The position numbers and the translations under genes are program-made. Positions 39,750 to 50,869 of a DNA stretch of 64,000 bases are shown one piece after another. The notes under the pieces were generated by a model. The model saw only the letters and a program-made list of their open reading frames with translations, did not search any database and was not told where the DNA came from. How positions within the stretch are numbered: position 1 is the first letter of the stretch; every line of letters starts with the position of its first letter. Origin of the DNA: Eledone cirrhosa (Eukaryota). The stretch lies in the NCBI GenBank assembly GCA_964016885.1, contig OZ024740.1, positions 175,398,001 to 175,462,000 of the forward strand, given 5' to 3'.

Positions 39750-41620
39750 ATTTTAACAACAGTTGCCAGTCAAACGGAATTTCAGTTCCGAATACTGTAC
39801 TTAAACCGTATCTCGTTATATATGTTGATTATTTAAACCGTGTAGCTATCTATTCCTTACATTGCTATTGTGCATTCAGTGCAACAATAGCAAAGCGACA
39901 GAACCATAAAAAAAACACTCGTTAAATGTTTCTACGAAGAATATACCCATCTCGACAAAGAAAAAATATATTTTGAATACTTCATGCAAAAGACCGAAGA
40001 TTTTGTTAGAAGAATGTGGTGGAAATAAACCACTCTTCTTTGATATTAATAGCACTGGATGGCCCGTGAAGAACAATGGCTTCTTCGCAACAAGTCATTT
40101 AACTAATTTAAATTTGAATAAGTGAACTCAATTGGAAGGGTAAACTAAAAACAATGTATTAATAGTTTCTTTTGAATTCACTCTTAAGAACAACATGAAA
40201 TATTACAAGATCTTCAAGAACAATATTTTTCCTGCAAGACAATATTAAAATTTGGTCCAAAACAGACACTCATACATATAAAACATTCCTCTTCAAAAGT
40301 ATAATTTACACATAAAATAAAACAAACTTTGCCGCATTCATTTCCGTAGAAAACAATAGAGCTTGTATGCTATGACAGTTTCAAACGCAGACCTTATACA
40401 ACCATCATAGAACATAAGTATAGATTCTTTAACACAGTTTGCATGATTAGGAAAAGCATTTTAGAAAATATTATCCTAAAATTGCCAATTTACCAGTATA
40501 GCACAATTGCAAGCTCGGCATCAAATTGTTTACAATTATCATTAATATACAACTATATAATTCAAGAAAAAATGAACAGTCACAAGTTTACCAGTTCATA
40601 AGATTATCTCTCAAGAAACCTTACAGAACTAGACATAAAAACTATAGTTTTTATGTCTAGTTCTAACCGAAGCACTGTCAACTTTCTATACATTAAATTG
40701 AGACACCAGCTCTTATCCATTTTGAAAGTCTAATGATAAAGTGCTATACATACCACAAGTTCAACCTTTCATAAAACAATATCAGTATGCGTTTGTCGGG
40801 CATTTATTTGGATGAAACCATGACCTATTATTACAGTGATGCGCTAATGACTGGTTTCAAACAAAATATCAGTTACACAGAAATCAATGCTTCTATCCCA
40901 CTGCATCCTAAACGCTATACGCACATATCAGATGATTTAACCCTCCTCTCCTCCCACAATGTTCACACAAGCAACACAGTTTCTTGGCAAATATGGATAC
41001 CACGAAATAATTGGTAAGAGCAATAAACAATTTCAGTTATAAATACACACCAAATTTTGTAACAATATTAACCAATATTAATTGTTTCTACTTTTGGCAG
41101 AAGGCCAGCAATTATCCAGTACATTACTGGTACTTTATTTTATCGATCCCGTAAGGATGAAAAGCAAAGTTAACCTCGGCGGGATTTGAACTCAGATCAT
41201 TAACCAAAATTAATGCTAGAAACTTATATCTTCCCACTTGTAATCCATTCCTAGCATGTAAGAGCACGAATCCGGGAAGATGAACACTAAATAGTTTTGG
41301 CACAAATATTCGGTATTTATGGTGCTAATGTTTTCACCGATAGCAGGATTTGCATAGGATTTACTGAAACTACAGTCAAATCAATATTTAATTGGCGCAC
41401 TAATTCTTTCATGGGTAGACGCAAGTATATCACAATACGGCTCATCAATGAAAGACAAGCACCCCACAAAAGTAGAAAATCCTAGATTTTAACAAACCAT
41501 AATTGCAAAAGGGTCATTGCAAGGTGTACACTGGAGAGAATATAGCCATATTTTTCACATCACCGCTGCACGTCCAGGGTAAGATATTCGTTGAGAAATT
41601 ACTAATCTAACAGCTAAAAA
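39750..41620 (+). mobile_element. Highly decayed Penelope-like element (RT thumb and GIY-YIG traces)
   Basis: YPF.K.NDK..YI-like trace ~40710-40770; YGANVFTDSRICIGFTETTVKSIFNWRTNSF (41297-41485) parallels the GIY-YIG at 63638-64000; left boundary uncertain. Confidence 0.45.
41080..41197 (-). mobile_element. SINE (3' two-thirds)
   Basis: Reverse complement of SINE core and B-box. Confidence 0.85.
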
Positions 41621-41790
41621 TGACAACACACCCACACACATATGTATATATATATACATACACACACACACATTTGTATATATATATATATATATATATA
41701 TGACTTGACCACTGTCCCGTCACGATTCTTAACCATTTTGAATTTATTTCTGGCGGGAATCACTTTAGAAAATTACTTGTCCTATGAGTT

Positions 41791-41872
41791 TGTTTCCTGA
41801 CGAGTTGGAAGCTCGAGATTTTATCCTTAATAGGATATCTCAAATTGCGACCGAAACCCGAGGGTAGAGACA
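41791..41872 (+). ncRNA. Type I hammerhead ribozyme, copy 1
   Basis: tgtttc-CTGACGA-g...(gagat..tatcct/aggatatctc hairpin)...cgacc-GAAA-ccc(ga)ggg-TA-gagaca; stem I tgtttc/gagaca; base of stem II imperfect. Confidence 0.7.
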
Positions 41873-42464
41873 TAATCCTGGTAAGTGTGTACGCATTTTT
41901 TCTAACTTTAATTTTATACCTAATTGTGTATGGTTGACGGTATATTTAGTCGATTTCCACGTGCTGTTGAAATGTTGGGTAAACATTCTATGGCGGTCGG
42001 CCGCGAAGAGATTGCTGTCGTTTATTTATCTAATATTTCTTCAAAGGTGCCTTTTAATCTGCCTGGTCTAATTGATTTTTTTATGCGGTTGATTATGCTA
42101 ATTGGGAGAGGAAATGATGTATATATATTATCAAATGATTCTTTGGACATACTTTATAGTATATTGCTCTGATTATTTAATTTATTAATTTATCATTGAG
42201 CCACATCGTGAATGGTTGCAAATACATATATATCTGTGACTTTGTTTAGTTTGTGTATATGTAAATCTTTATATTTAATAATCTCCCATTAGGTTGAGAT
42301 GCAATTTGGGCAATATTGGGCTGCGCTTTCTAGCAACCAGTCCATTCGCCGTAAGCAACCAAGCACATTCTTTCTGACTTGACCACTGCCACGTCGCGAT
42401 TCTTAGCCATTTTGAATTTATTCCTGGCGGGGATCACTTTAGAAAATTACTTGTCCTATGAGTT

Positions 42465-42546
42465 TGTTTCCTGACGAGTTCGAAGCTCGAGATTTTATCC
42501 TTATTAGGATATCTCAAAATGCGACCGAAACCCGAGGGTAGAGACA
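42465..42546 (+). ncRNA. Type I hammerhead ribozyme, copy 2
   Basis: Same core; stem II base g(t)tcg/cga(c)c. Confidence 0.72.
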
Positions 42547-42835
42547 TAATCCTGGTAAGTGTGTACGCATTTCTTCTAACTTTAATTTTATACCTAATTG
42601 TGTATGGTTGACGGTATATTTAGTCAATTTCCACATGCTGTTGAAATGTTGGGTAAACATTCTATGGCGGTCGGCCGCGAAGAGATTACTGTCATTTATT
42701 TATCTAATATTTCTTCATAGCTGCCTTTTAATCTTATAGCCTGGTCTAATTGATTTTTTATGTGGTTGATTATGCTAATTGGGAGAGGAAATGGTGTATA
42801 TATATTATCAAATGATTCTTTGGACATACTTTATA

Positions 42836-42913
<78 letters not shown>

Positions 42914-42979
42914 AAAAAAAGATGAAATCGAAAATGCAACTGGAGTCTTATTTTTAAAAAATATATATATTTATTTGGT

Positions 42980-43018
42980 TCCTGTACCGGTTTCGCAGTT
43001 CTTCTGCTTTTCAAAAGT
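42980..43018 (-). ncRNA. Minimal hammerhead, U3-A8 core variant
   Basis: Minus strand ctt-TTGAAAA-gcag(aagaa)ctgc-GAAA-ccgg-TA-cagg; stem I weak. Confidence 0.55.
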
Positions 43019-43149
43019 AGAGTTGAGATGGAGGGTCTGTGGTTTTTCTCACATCTGGTTGGTCTTTGAATGTTACTTGTTTTATATCGAAAAAAGTGGC
43101 TCGAAACACCAGGTTTTTAGAGAAGTAATTTGATTGGTTCGTCAATAAG

Positions 43150-45096
43150 GCCCAAACCCAACACGAGTCGAAGTGAATGGGAGATTATCCATGAACTAAA
43201 AAACAATACGGACATTATAATTAAGGAAGCGGACAAGGAAAGTACTGTTGTCATTATGGATGCTGAAAAATATAAAAATTCTATGCTCTCTCTCTTACAA
43301 TATATAAATTTCTATGAAAGAGTAAAAAACTACCAGCAATCAAAAACAATGACCAGATTAAACACATTGATTTGTCGATACCAGGAAGACTTAACTAAAA
43401 AGGAACGCGATTATTTAACACATTTTGAATACAAACCCAGCAACCTTTCCGGACTTCCGAAGATCCACAAGTGTAAAATAATTAACGATGCCTCTAAACA
43501 ATCCACCTCAGCCTGCGTGAACACACAATACCCCACAGACCTTAAATTAAGACCAATTGTAGCGGGCCCACAATGTGAAACACAGACTGAGCAACTTTAT
43601 AGACATACTACTAAAACCAATTCTCAAACACATACCAAGCCTTGTAAGAGACGATCTGGACCTCTTAAACCACCTCCCCAAACATGTTAACAACGATACT
43701 ATTATTGTGTCTTTCGATGTAGTGAATATCTACACAACGATCCCACACCAATATGGACTACAAGCAATAGGATTCTGTCTAGATAAATATCCCAATAAGA
43801 TACGTGGCAGAATAGAAAAAAGCTTCATCACCGAGGAATTAAAATTTATCTTACAGAACAAATTTTTTGATTTCGATGGCAGTTCTTACAAGCAAATATC
43901 GGGGACTGCGATGGGTACAAAATCCGCTCCGACTTATGCCAACTTAGTCATGGCATACTTAGAAGTCCAGATTTATGATCAGTCCAAATCAAAATACGGA
44001 TTGAACTTCCACAAATATTTATCAGAGAATTGGAAACGCTACTTGGATGATTGTCTCATTCTTTGGTCCGACACACTCGACCAACTGAATGATTTCAAAA
44101 ATTTTATAAACGGCATCAATAACCACATCCAATTCACAATGGAATACAGCCAAGAGCAACTCCCATTTCTGGACATCTTAATCTTAAAAAAAGACACAAA
44201 TATTGAAACTGACATACACTACAAACCAACAGATTCCAAACAATGCCTACTATTCACCTCCAGCCATCCAAAGCACACGAAACGAACATTCCTTTTAACC
44301 TAGCAAGAAGAATTTGCACAATTGTCTCCAATTATGAAACGCGAAATAAAAGACTTCAAGAATTAAAGGAAATTCTACTCGAAAGACAGTACCCACCATT
44401 ACTAATAAATAAAGGAATAGAAAGGGCTAAAGCAATAGGCATTGATGAATTACGAAAACAGAAACAAATTCAAGGTATGTCCAATATTCTATCATATATC
44501 TCAACACACAACCCAAGAAATGCGGAAGCTTACAACACGATTCACAAGAACTTCCCTCTACTGAAACAAGACCCAAGAATGAAAAAAGCCCTTGAAACAC
44601 ACAAAATAATCAAAAGCAAAAAACAACCGAAATCACTGAAAACATTACTCACCAATGCCAAATTATCTACCACAAACCCACAACCAACTGTCAAAAAATG
44701 TGGTCGCTCTGATTGTGGAACCTGCACTCATCTCCTTGAAGGCAACACGTATACATTTCAATCAGGACAAAATTTTGCTGTAAAAAAAATCACTTCACTT
44801 GCTCATCAAAAAATCTAATTTATGCTATTAAATGTAAAGGATGCAATGAAGATTATATAGGACAAACTAAACTCACACTCAGAAACAGAACTACAGTTCA
44901 TCGCCAACAATTACGAGATCCAACCATGAGACAGATACCACTAAGCGCACATCCAGATATTTGCGCAAGTAATAAGCCACCCAAATTCCAAGTCTTCCCA
45001 TTTTAACTTTGCGCTGACAATACAACAGAACAAATACGAATAAATAAGGAAAATATGTTTATTCAAAAATATAGACCAGCATTAAATATGGTTTAA
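43150..45096 (+). pseudogene. PLE polyprotein: RT + Cys-rich linker + GIY-YIG endonuclease (Neptune-like), frameshifted
   Basis: IIKEADK, GLPKIHK, LRPIV, SFDVVNIYT, GTAMGTKSAPTYANL, RYLDD, LPFLD, CGRSDCGTC, NLIYAIKCKGCNEDYIGQT (~44812-44868), PALN. Confidence 0.93.
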
Positions 45097-45816
45097 TATA
45101 CATTATGTCAACACCATAACATGCTAACCATACTCCTACACACACATAACACCCATACACACACACATAACACTCCCCACACACAACTCGCTCCCCCATT
45201 TCTACTAATAGAATCATCTTCCTATACACACACACACACACACACACACAAGCACACAAATCAACATACATATCTCTACTTTCTTTATTTCAATAGAAAA
45301 TCTGAACTCTGACACCCCAGCGAACTAGCCATATTCACTGAACCAGAACAATTCTCCCATTCCATTTCTCTTGACCATTCTTTTGCTTGTCATAAAATTC
45401 TCTAAAAGGCTACAAAATAAATTCCAAAATACAGGCGCGAAACTTAATGAACTTGTTCACGTGACAGCCATAATTTTATTTATAACCAATCAAATTACAT
45501 TTTTAAAAAGAAAGCCTTCGTGAGCCACTTTTTTTTAAGTAAAAAGAAATTCAAACACTCATATATGAAAAAAACAACCTGAGACCCCCCCCCCCCCCCC
45601 CTTGTTTGAAGAACTTTGTAACGCGAACTGGCGCGAAATTTATTATACTTATTGACCAAATACAGGGGCGCGAAATTTATTACAGTTATTGACCAACCAA
45701 TCCAATTACTTCTCTAAAAACCTGGCGTTTCGAGCCACTTTTTTCCACATAAAACAAGTAACATTCAAAGACCAACCAGATGTGAGAAAAACCACAGACC
45801 CTCCATATCAACTCTA

Positions 45817-45854
45817 CTTTTGAAAAGCAGAAGAACTTCGAAACTGGTAAAGGA
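45817..45854 (+). ncRNA. Minimal hammerhead, U3-A8 variant, 3' copy with two stem mutations
   Basis: ctt-TTGAAAA-gcagaagaacttc-GAAA-ctgg-TA-aagg, then aaataaa. Confidence 0.45.
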
Positions 45855-45985
45855 ACCAAATAAATATATATATATTTTTTTAAAAATAAGACTTCAGTTG
45901 CATTTTCGATTTCATCTTTTTTTCTTTATACATTCACTCGTGTAGGACACCTCGGTTATTTTTTTCATTTTGTAAAAAACCTCAC

Positions 45986-46035
<50 letters not shown>

Positions 46036-46037
<2 letters not shown>

Positions 46038-46323
46038 AGTGTCAGGACTCCGACGGCTGAGCTCCGGCCGTTTCGACAGCTAGATCCGAACTCAGTTGGG
46101 ATCTAGGTGTCGAAACGGCCGGAGCTGAGCCGTCGGGTTCCTGAGTATTTTCCTATTACCCACTCTACTACCCTAAGTATCGAGTACTCTGGTGCGTTAT
46201 AGTCCACTTGATTTCTTACCACAATGAAACAGTTCTAGTCCTTTCTATATTAAATATTTATACCCTACTATGTATTGAGTACCTTACTTACTGTGGTTAC
46301 CCCCGATTGAACCCGGGATAAAC

Positions 46324-46327
<4 letters not shown>
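46036..46327 (+). mobile_element. Short PLE-derived element: ~103-bp GC-rich hairpin plus a tail shared with 62585-62697
   Basis: 46042-46144 is a near-perfect palindrome; atgaaacagttctagtcct...gtattgagtaccttacttactgtggttacc occurs in both places; (TA)n flanks. Confidence 0.65.
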
Positions 46328-46366
<39 letters not shown>

Positions 46367-46544
46367 ACGCACAATGATTTATAACAGAATCAATCTATCC
46401 TTAGAAACCAAACTCCCCACTAAAAGAATAATATCTGGAAAAAATGTTTATATGGATGCATGTGTATGTATGCATATGCATGCGCGTGTATGTGCGTACG
46501 AATTCATCTATAAAGGTACAAGTATACGTATGTACAAATTGAAT

Positions 46545-46685
46545 GTGGCGAATTGGCAGGGTCTGTAGTACCTCGGGTAGAATGATTCATGATATTTATT
46601 CTGGCTTTCTGCGCTCTGAGTTAAAATTCCGCCGAGGTCAACTTTTCCTTTCATCTTTTCGTGCCAGTCCAGTACTGGTATCGAT
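46545..46685 (+). mobile_element. Degenerate SINE
   Basis: tggcgaattggcag...ctgagttaaaattccgccgaggtcaacttttcctttcatc. Confidence 0.7.
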
Positions 46686-47439
46686 TTTTCCTATATATCG
46701 CTTTCTCGTATGTTTTCTCTCTTTTTCTCTGTAAGATATCGGCTGTGTTCAAAATATACCGGCTTCCCTACGATCCAATCAGCCGCTTAAGGTTTAGGAA
46801 GTTATTTTTTTGTGTATTAATGCAAAAATTACTAAATTTGCTAATTTCCCAACCAATTAGTTTTATTTAATTATGAATTATATTATTCAATTTATTATTT
46901 TTATTTGAATATGTTTTATTTGTTTTGTTTTATGTCAATTTAACTATAATTATTTTTATTTGATATTTTCATTTTAAGTTGGGAATTTGTTTCAATTACA
47001 CAGTAAATCCCAATACAGCTTTACACAGCAATCCACACTTCACTTGCCTCACTAATTGCTCCCTAGTAATAGGTTCCATTTGCATACCAGTTTATTTCCT
47101 GACAATGTGTTAATTAATAAAATTGCTGAGACAGAGTGTTGTGTAGATAAGTTGTAAACGATTGGAGTTAGCTCCTCATTTTCATAACATTTTCCATAAG
47201 TATTTCTGAACTGAGTCTTTTTCTAGAGTAGAACACAGTAAACATCATAAGACGACATCAAAAATAAATTACAAGATCTACAAAATCTATACAGGTAAAA
47301 TGATTGAAGATGTTCACAGATTCCTTCTTTAGGGATAACCATGCTGCTTAACCACAATATCTATATACACAACACCAACACTTCTGCGTTTAATAAACAT
47401 TCACAAGTAAACCTTTTTACGGTAGGGTCTAGAAATGAC

Positions 47440-47562
47440 AGAGTTGCTAGCACTCCTGATTAAAAGTTTAGCAGTATTTGTTCTGGCTTTCTGAGTTAAA
47501 ACACCGCCAAAGAGGGCTCAAAGTTGCTTTTCACGATTTCGGTGTTGATAAATACTGAGCTC
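47440..47562 (+). mobile_element. Degenerate SINE
   Basis: ttctgagttaaaacaccgcc...gcttttcacgatttcggtgttgataaa. Confidence 0.5.
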
Positions 47563-47924
47563 GATTCTCTACTTTTTTTCAGGAAAAAATTACTGCTTAC
47601 ACAAGAAGGAAGAGGCTCCGCCAGGTTTAAATGCGCAAGACCTATTTCATGACAGCAGCCTTGTTACTCCCTCAGAAGTCAAGGGATCATGGCATGGAAA
47701 CGTATTTATAATTTATTTAGATACATATGATCGCTCAGGGATTTAGTTAATTAACACGTCGACAACGAATATCTCTTCTTTAGGCATGTAACCCCTGATG
47801 AAACCACAGAGGCGTCATCGTGACATACGAAGATATTTGAGTACTTTACACCTGGCGGAACCCCCCTGTTTTGGTCTAAAAACAGCCAATTTCTTTCAGG
47901 GAAGGAGAGCGGGAGAGAGTGAAA

Positions 47925-48020
47925 ATGGAATGAATCGACCCCAGTACTAGACTGGTACATTTTTATTGATCGCGAAAGGATGGATGGCAACGTTAACCTA
48001 GCTGGATTTGAACTCTGAGT
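47925..48020 (-). mobile_element. SINE fragment
   Basis: aatcgaccccagtactagactggtac...ggatttgaactc. Confidence 0.7.
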
Positions 48021-48869
48021 TTATTATTCAAACAACGGAACAACCTCTCGTGAAATTAACGCGTATGCAGCTGAGTATACCATAGACACGTGTACTTTTA
48101 ACATAGTTCTCAGGGCTTTTTAACGCGACATAGTGTGTGACAACTCACTTTTGACAGCTGAGTGGACTGGAAGACAACGAACAATTCAGAATCAAATTAC
48201 CGACCTTACGATCACTTGCCTAGCACAGAAATCATGAAGCCACTTGATTTCACATAAAAGTGTGTAATGATGCCAACACTCGTACATTTAAAAAAAAAAA
48301 TGATTTCTTAAATTAAAATTTTCCAATGGTTATATTAATTTCTATTTCTTTTCCGTCGGGGGCTAGAAAGAAGATATTTCAGATTTCAGAAAAGATCATA
48401 AAGTCAACACACATTCTCATTGAAAAGGTGTGCCCTCATACAACAATGAGCCCACCAAAAACTCTCTATCCGTTATCATCGATGTGATCTCTCCTACACA
48501 CCCTTAGTGGTATCTTCCAGCAGATTATCAGTCTACTTTCTTTTCCTTCTACCCCTGTTTGTGTATTCACCTGATGGTTCTCACGGAACAAGTTCACTTG
48601 ATATCTCTTAATGGTGACGGGCAGAGTGACCTGCAAGTTTCTTTCTCCTCTGACTTATCTTTCCCATTACTGGTGGTAGCTGCTGATATGATTATTTACT
48701 GTTGAGTTTCGGTTTCCATGAAAAATTAAGTGCTATGCGCAACAATCCTGAATAGTGGCTTTTAATTCTCTTATCTAGGTGCCTTGTTATGCCCCATGCT
48801 TCTTATCCATACAAGAAAACAGATTCTACTGTTATAATAAAAAAAAACCTTTGTTATGTTGGATTAGGT

Positions 48870-49255
48870 TATGGAAATCATCATCAACGGAAAGGAAGAA
48901 CAACTTGGTTTCCATCTGGAGCGGTGGAAAAGCAGTAGAATTTCTCCAATCATTATAACGGATTTGGACTTCGCTGACAACATAGCACTAATTTCCTAAG
49001 AAATAGCGGCAGTACAAATGTTACAGCTAGCGGTGGAAACAGAAGTTTGTAAAGTAGTATTGCACCTAAATGCAAAGAAAATAGAAGTGCGGAGTTACAA
49101 CATCTATAGATCTTTCGGCATGACATCTGAGAGAGCAGATTACCACAAAGAAATGGGCAACTTCAAATATTTAGGTGCTTGGCCAAAAAACAGTGAAAAA
49201 CATTTTCAAGTGAGAAAGACGCTTGTTCGATCAGCGTGTCACAAGTTGAAGAGAA
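48870..49255 (+). mobile_element. RTE-like RT fragment
   Basis: ITDLDFADNIALI, VLHLNAKKIEV, NFKYLGAW, VRKTLVRSACHKL. Confidence 0.7.
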
Positions 49256-49558
49256 TATATATATATAACAGCTATATATAATTCAGTTTACTGGGAAATA
49301 TTTATATTTAGCATCTATACATATCTACACACACAATGTATAAATCTATATGCACATTTAAGCAGTTTTCGTTCCATCTATTGTGTGTATATACAGATAT
49401 AGCTTTAACATACTTCAGCTGTTTAGCAGACACCTCAATATGTATCTCAATAAACTTCCTATAAGCAAATTACTACATCCATTTCGGAATACTACTATCA
49501 CGGTAAGGTATATAAGTCCCTTGATGACACATTTCCCTGTGTTTGTTTAGATGATGTA

Positions 49559-49608
49559 CATGTTTTCTGATGAAAGCGCAACTCAGCTTGAAAAACGGTT
49601 AAATATGT
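49559..49608 (+). ncRNA. Degenerate type I hammerhead
   Basis: CTGATGA-aagc(gcaactca)gctt-GAAA-aacggt-TA-aatatg; stems I and III imperfect. Confidence 0.45.
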
Positions 49609-49889
49609 TTATCCTTTTTTTCAATTTACAAGAAAAAATATATATTTGGAATGTTTACATGTCTGCGCAATGAATGTGAACATTTATATACATATTTGCA
49701 CAATCTCAGTTACCGCCGTTCTATGTATACACAGATAGAACTTTATCATACATTTCGGCTGCTTAGCGCACGCCCACACTGGAACAGACACAGATACACA
49801 CACATGTATTTTACTAAAAAAAACATAGATAAACATATATGTATGCACGCATATAGGCATAAATTCTATAAATATTCCGGTGTTCGTAC

Positions 49890-49979
49890 ACATATATGCG
49901 TATATATATATATACATATATATATACACACATATATATATATATATATAAGTGTGTGTGTATATATGGTATATATATG

Positions 49980-50026
<47 letters not shown>

Positions 50027-50027
50027 G

Positions 50028-50113
<86 letters not shown>

Positions 50114-50186
50114 CGCTCATACATACATACATGTATACAAGCATAGATACCTAAATATATATGTATATATATATGTTATTTATCCA

Positions 50187-50272
<86 letters not shown>

Positions 50273-50284
50273 TGGATAAATAAC
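49890..50284. repeat. (TA)n field including a 110-bp perfect palindrome (50175-50284)
   Basis: gttatttatccatgca(ta)n tgcatggataaataac. Confidence 0.9.
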
Positions 50285-50648
50285 TATCTATTACATAATA
50301 TTGCACATTATTTAACATTCCTTTAATGTTTTATTATAGGAATCGCTCCATTTACAAAATGGCATCCAATTCGCCGGAAGTAATTTTTCGGTAGTGAATA
50401 TTACATTATTTATTATTTCTTCTTTTATTGACAATCACTTCCATGGAGGGGTTCTATTCATTCGTAATATTTCAATGTTTGTTCTTTATAGGTGGTGGTA
50501 GTGACAAGGTTTCTGCAATTTCCAACTAATGTCGTTTTTGAAGTTGCCATTTATATACGCATATAGAAATACAGTATATATATATGTAATATATACATTC
50601 ATTCATATATACATAAAAAACATTAATAGATATATACATACTTATATA

Positions 50649-50686
<38 letters not shown>

Positions 50687-50869
50687 TATAATATTTATAT
50701 AAGTATGTATATATCTATTAATGTTTTTTATGTATATATGAATGAATGTATGTATACATGCACGCATATATGTATGTACGTATGTATGTATGTGTGGGTG
50801 TGTTCTAATAACCACTTGTGGCAAGCCTTCTAAGGGATAAGTAAACATATCTGAACAAGTTCTTGTCAT

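Larger units (their letters stand above)
41701..42839 (+). mobile_element. Retrozyme-like element: 1.7 tandem copies of a 674-bp unit, each with an HHR, in (TA)n
   Basis: 41701-~42163 is repeated at 42375-~42839 (offset 674); no long ORF. Confidence 0.75.
42907..45992 (+). mobile_element. Penelope-like element, 5'-truncated with inverted terminal copy
   Basis: 42907-43148 is the reverse complement of 45686-45930; RT and GIY-YIG between them; (TA)n flanks. Confidence 0.92.

Noticed and set aside
42022-42150. 42-aa minus-strand ORF (MSKESFDNIYTSFPLP...) in the 674-bp unit
   Set aside because: Frameshifted in the second copy and no homology recognised
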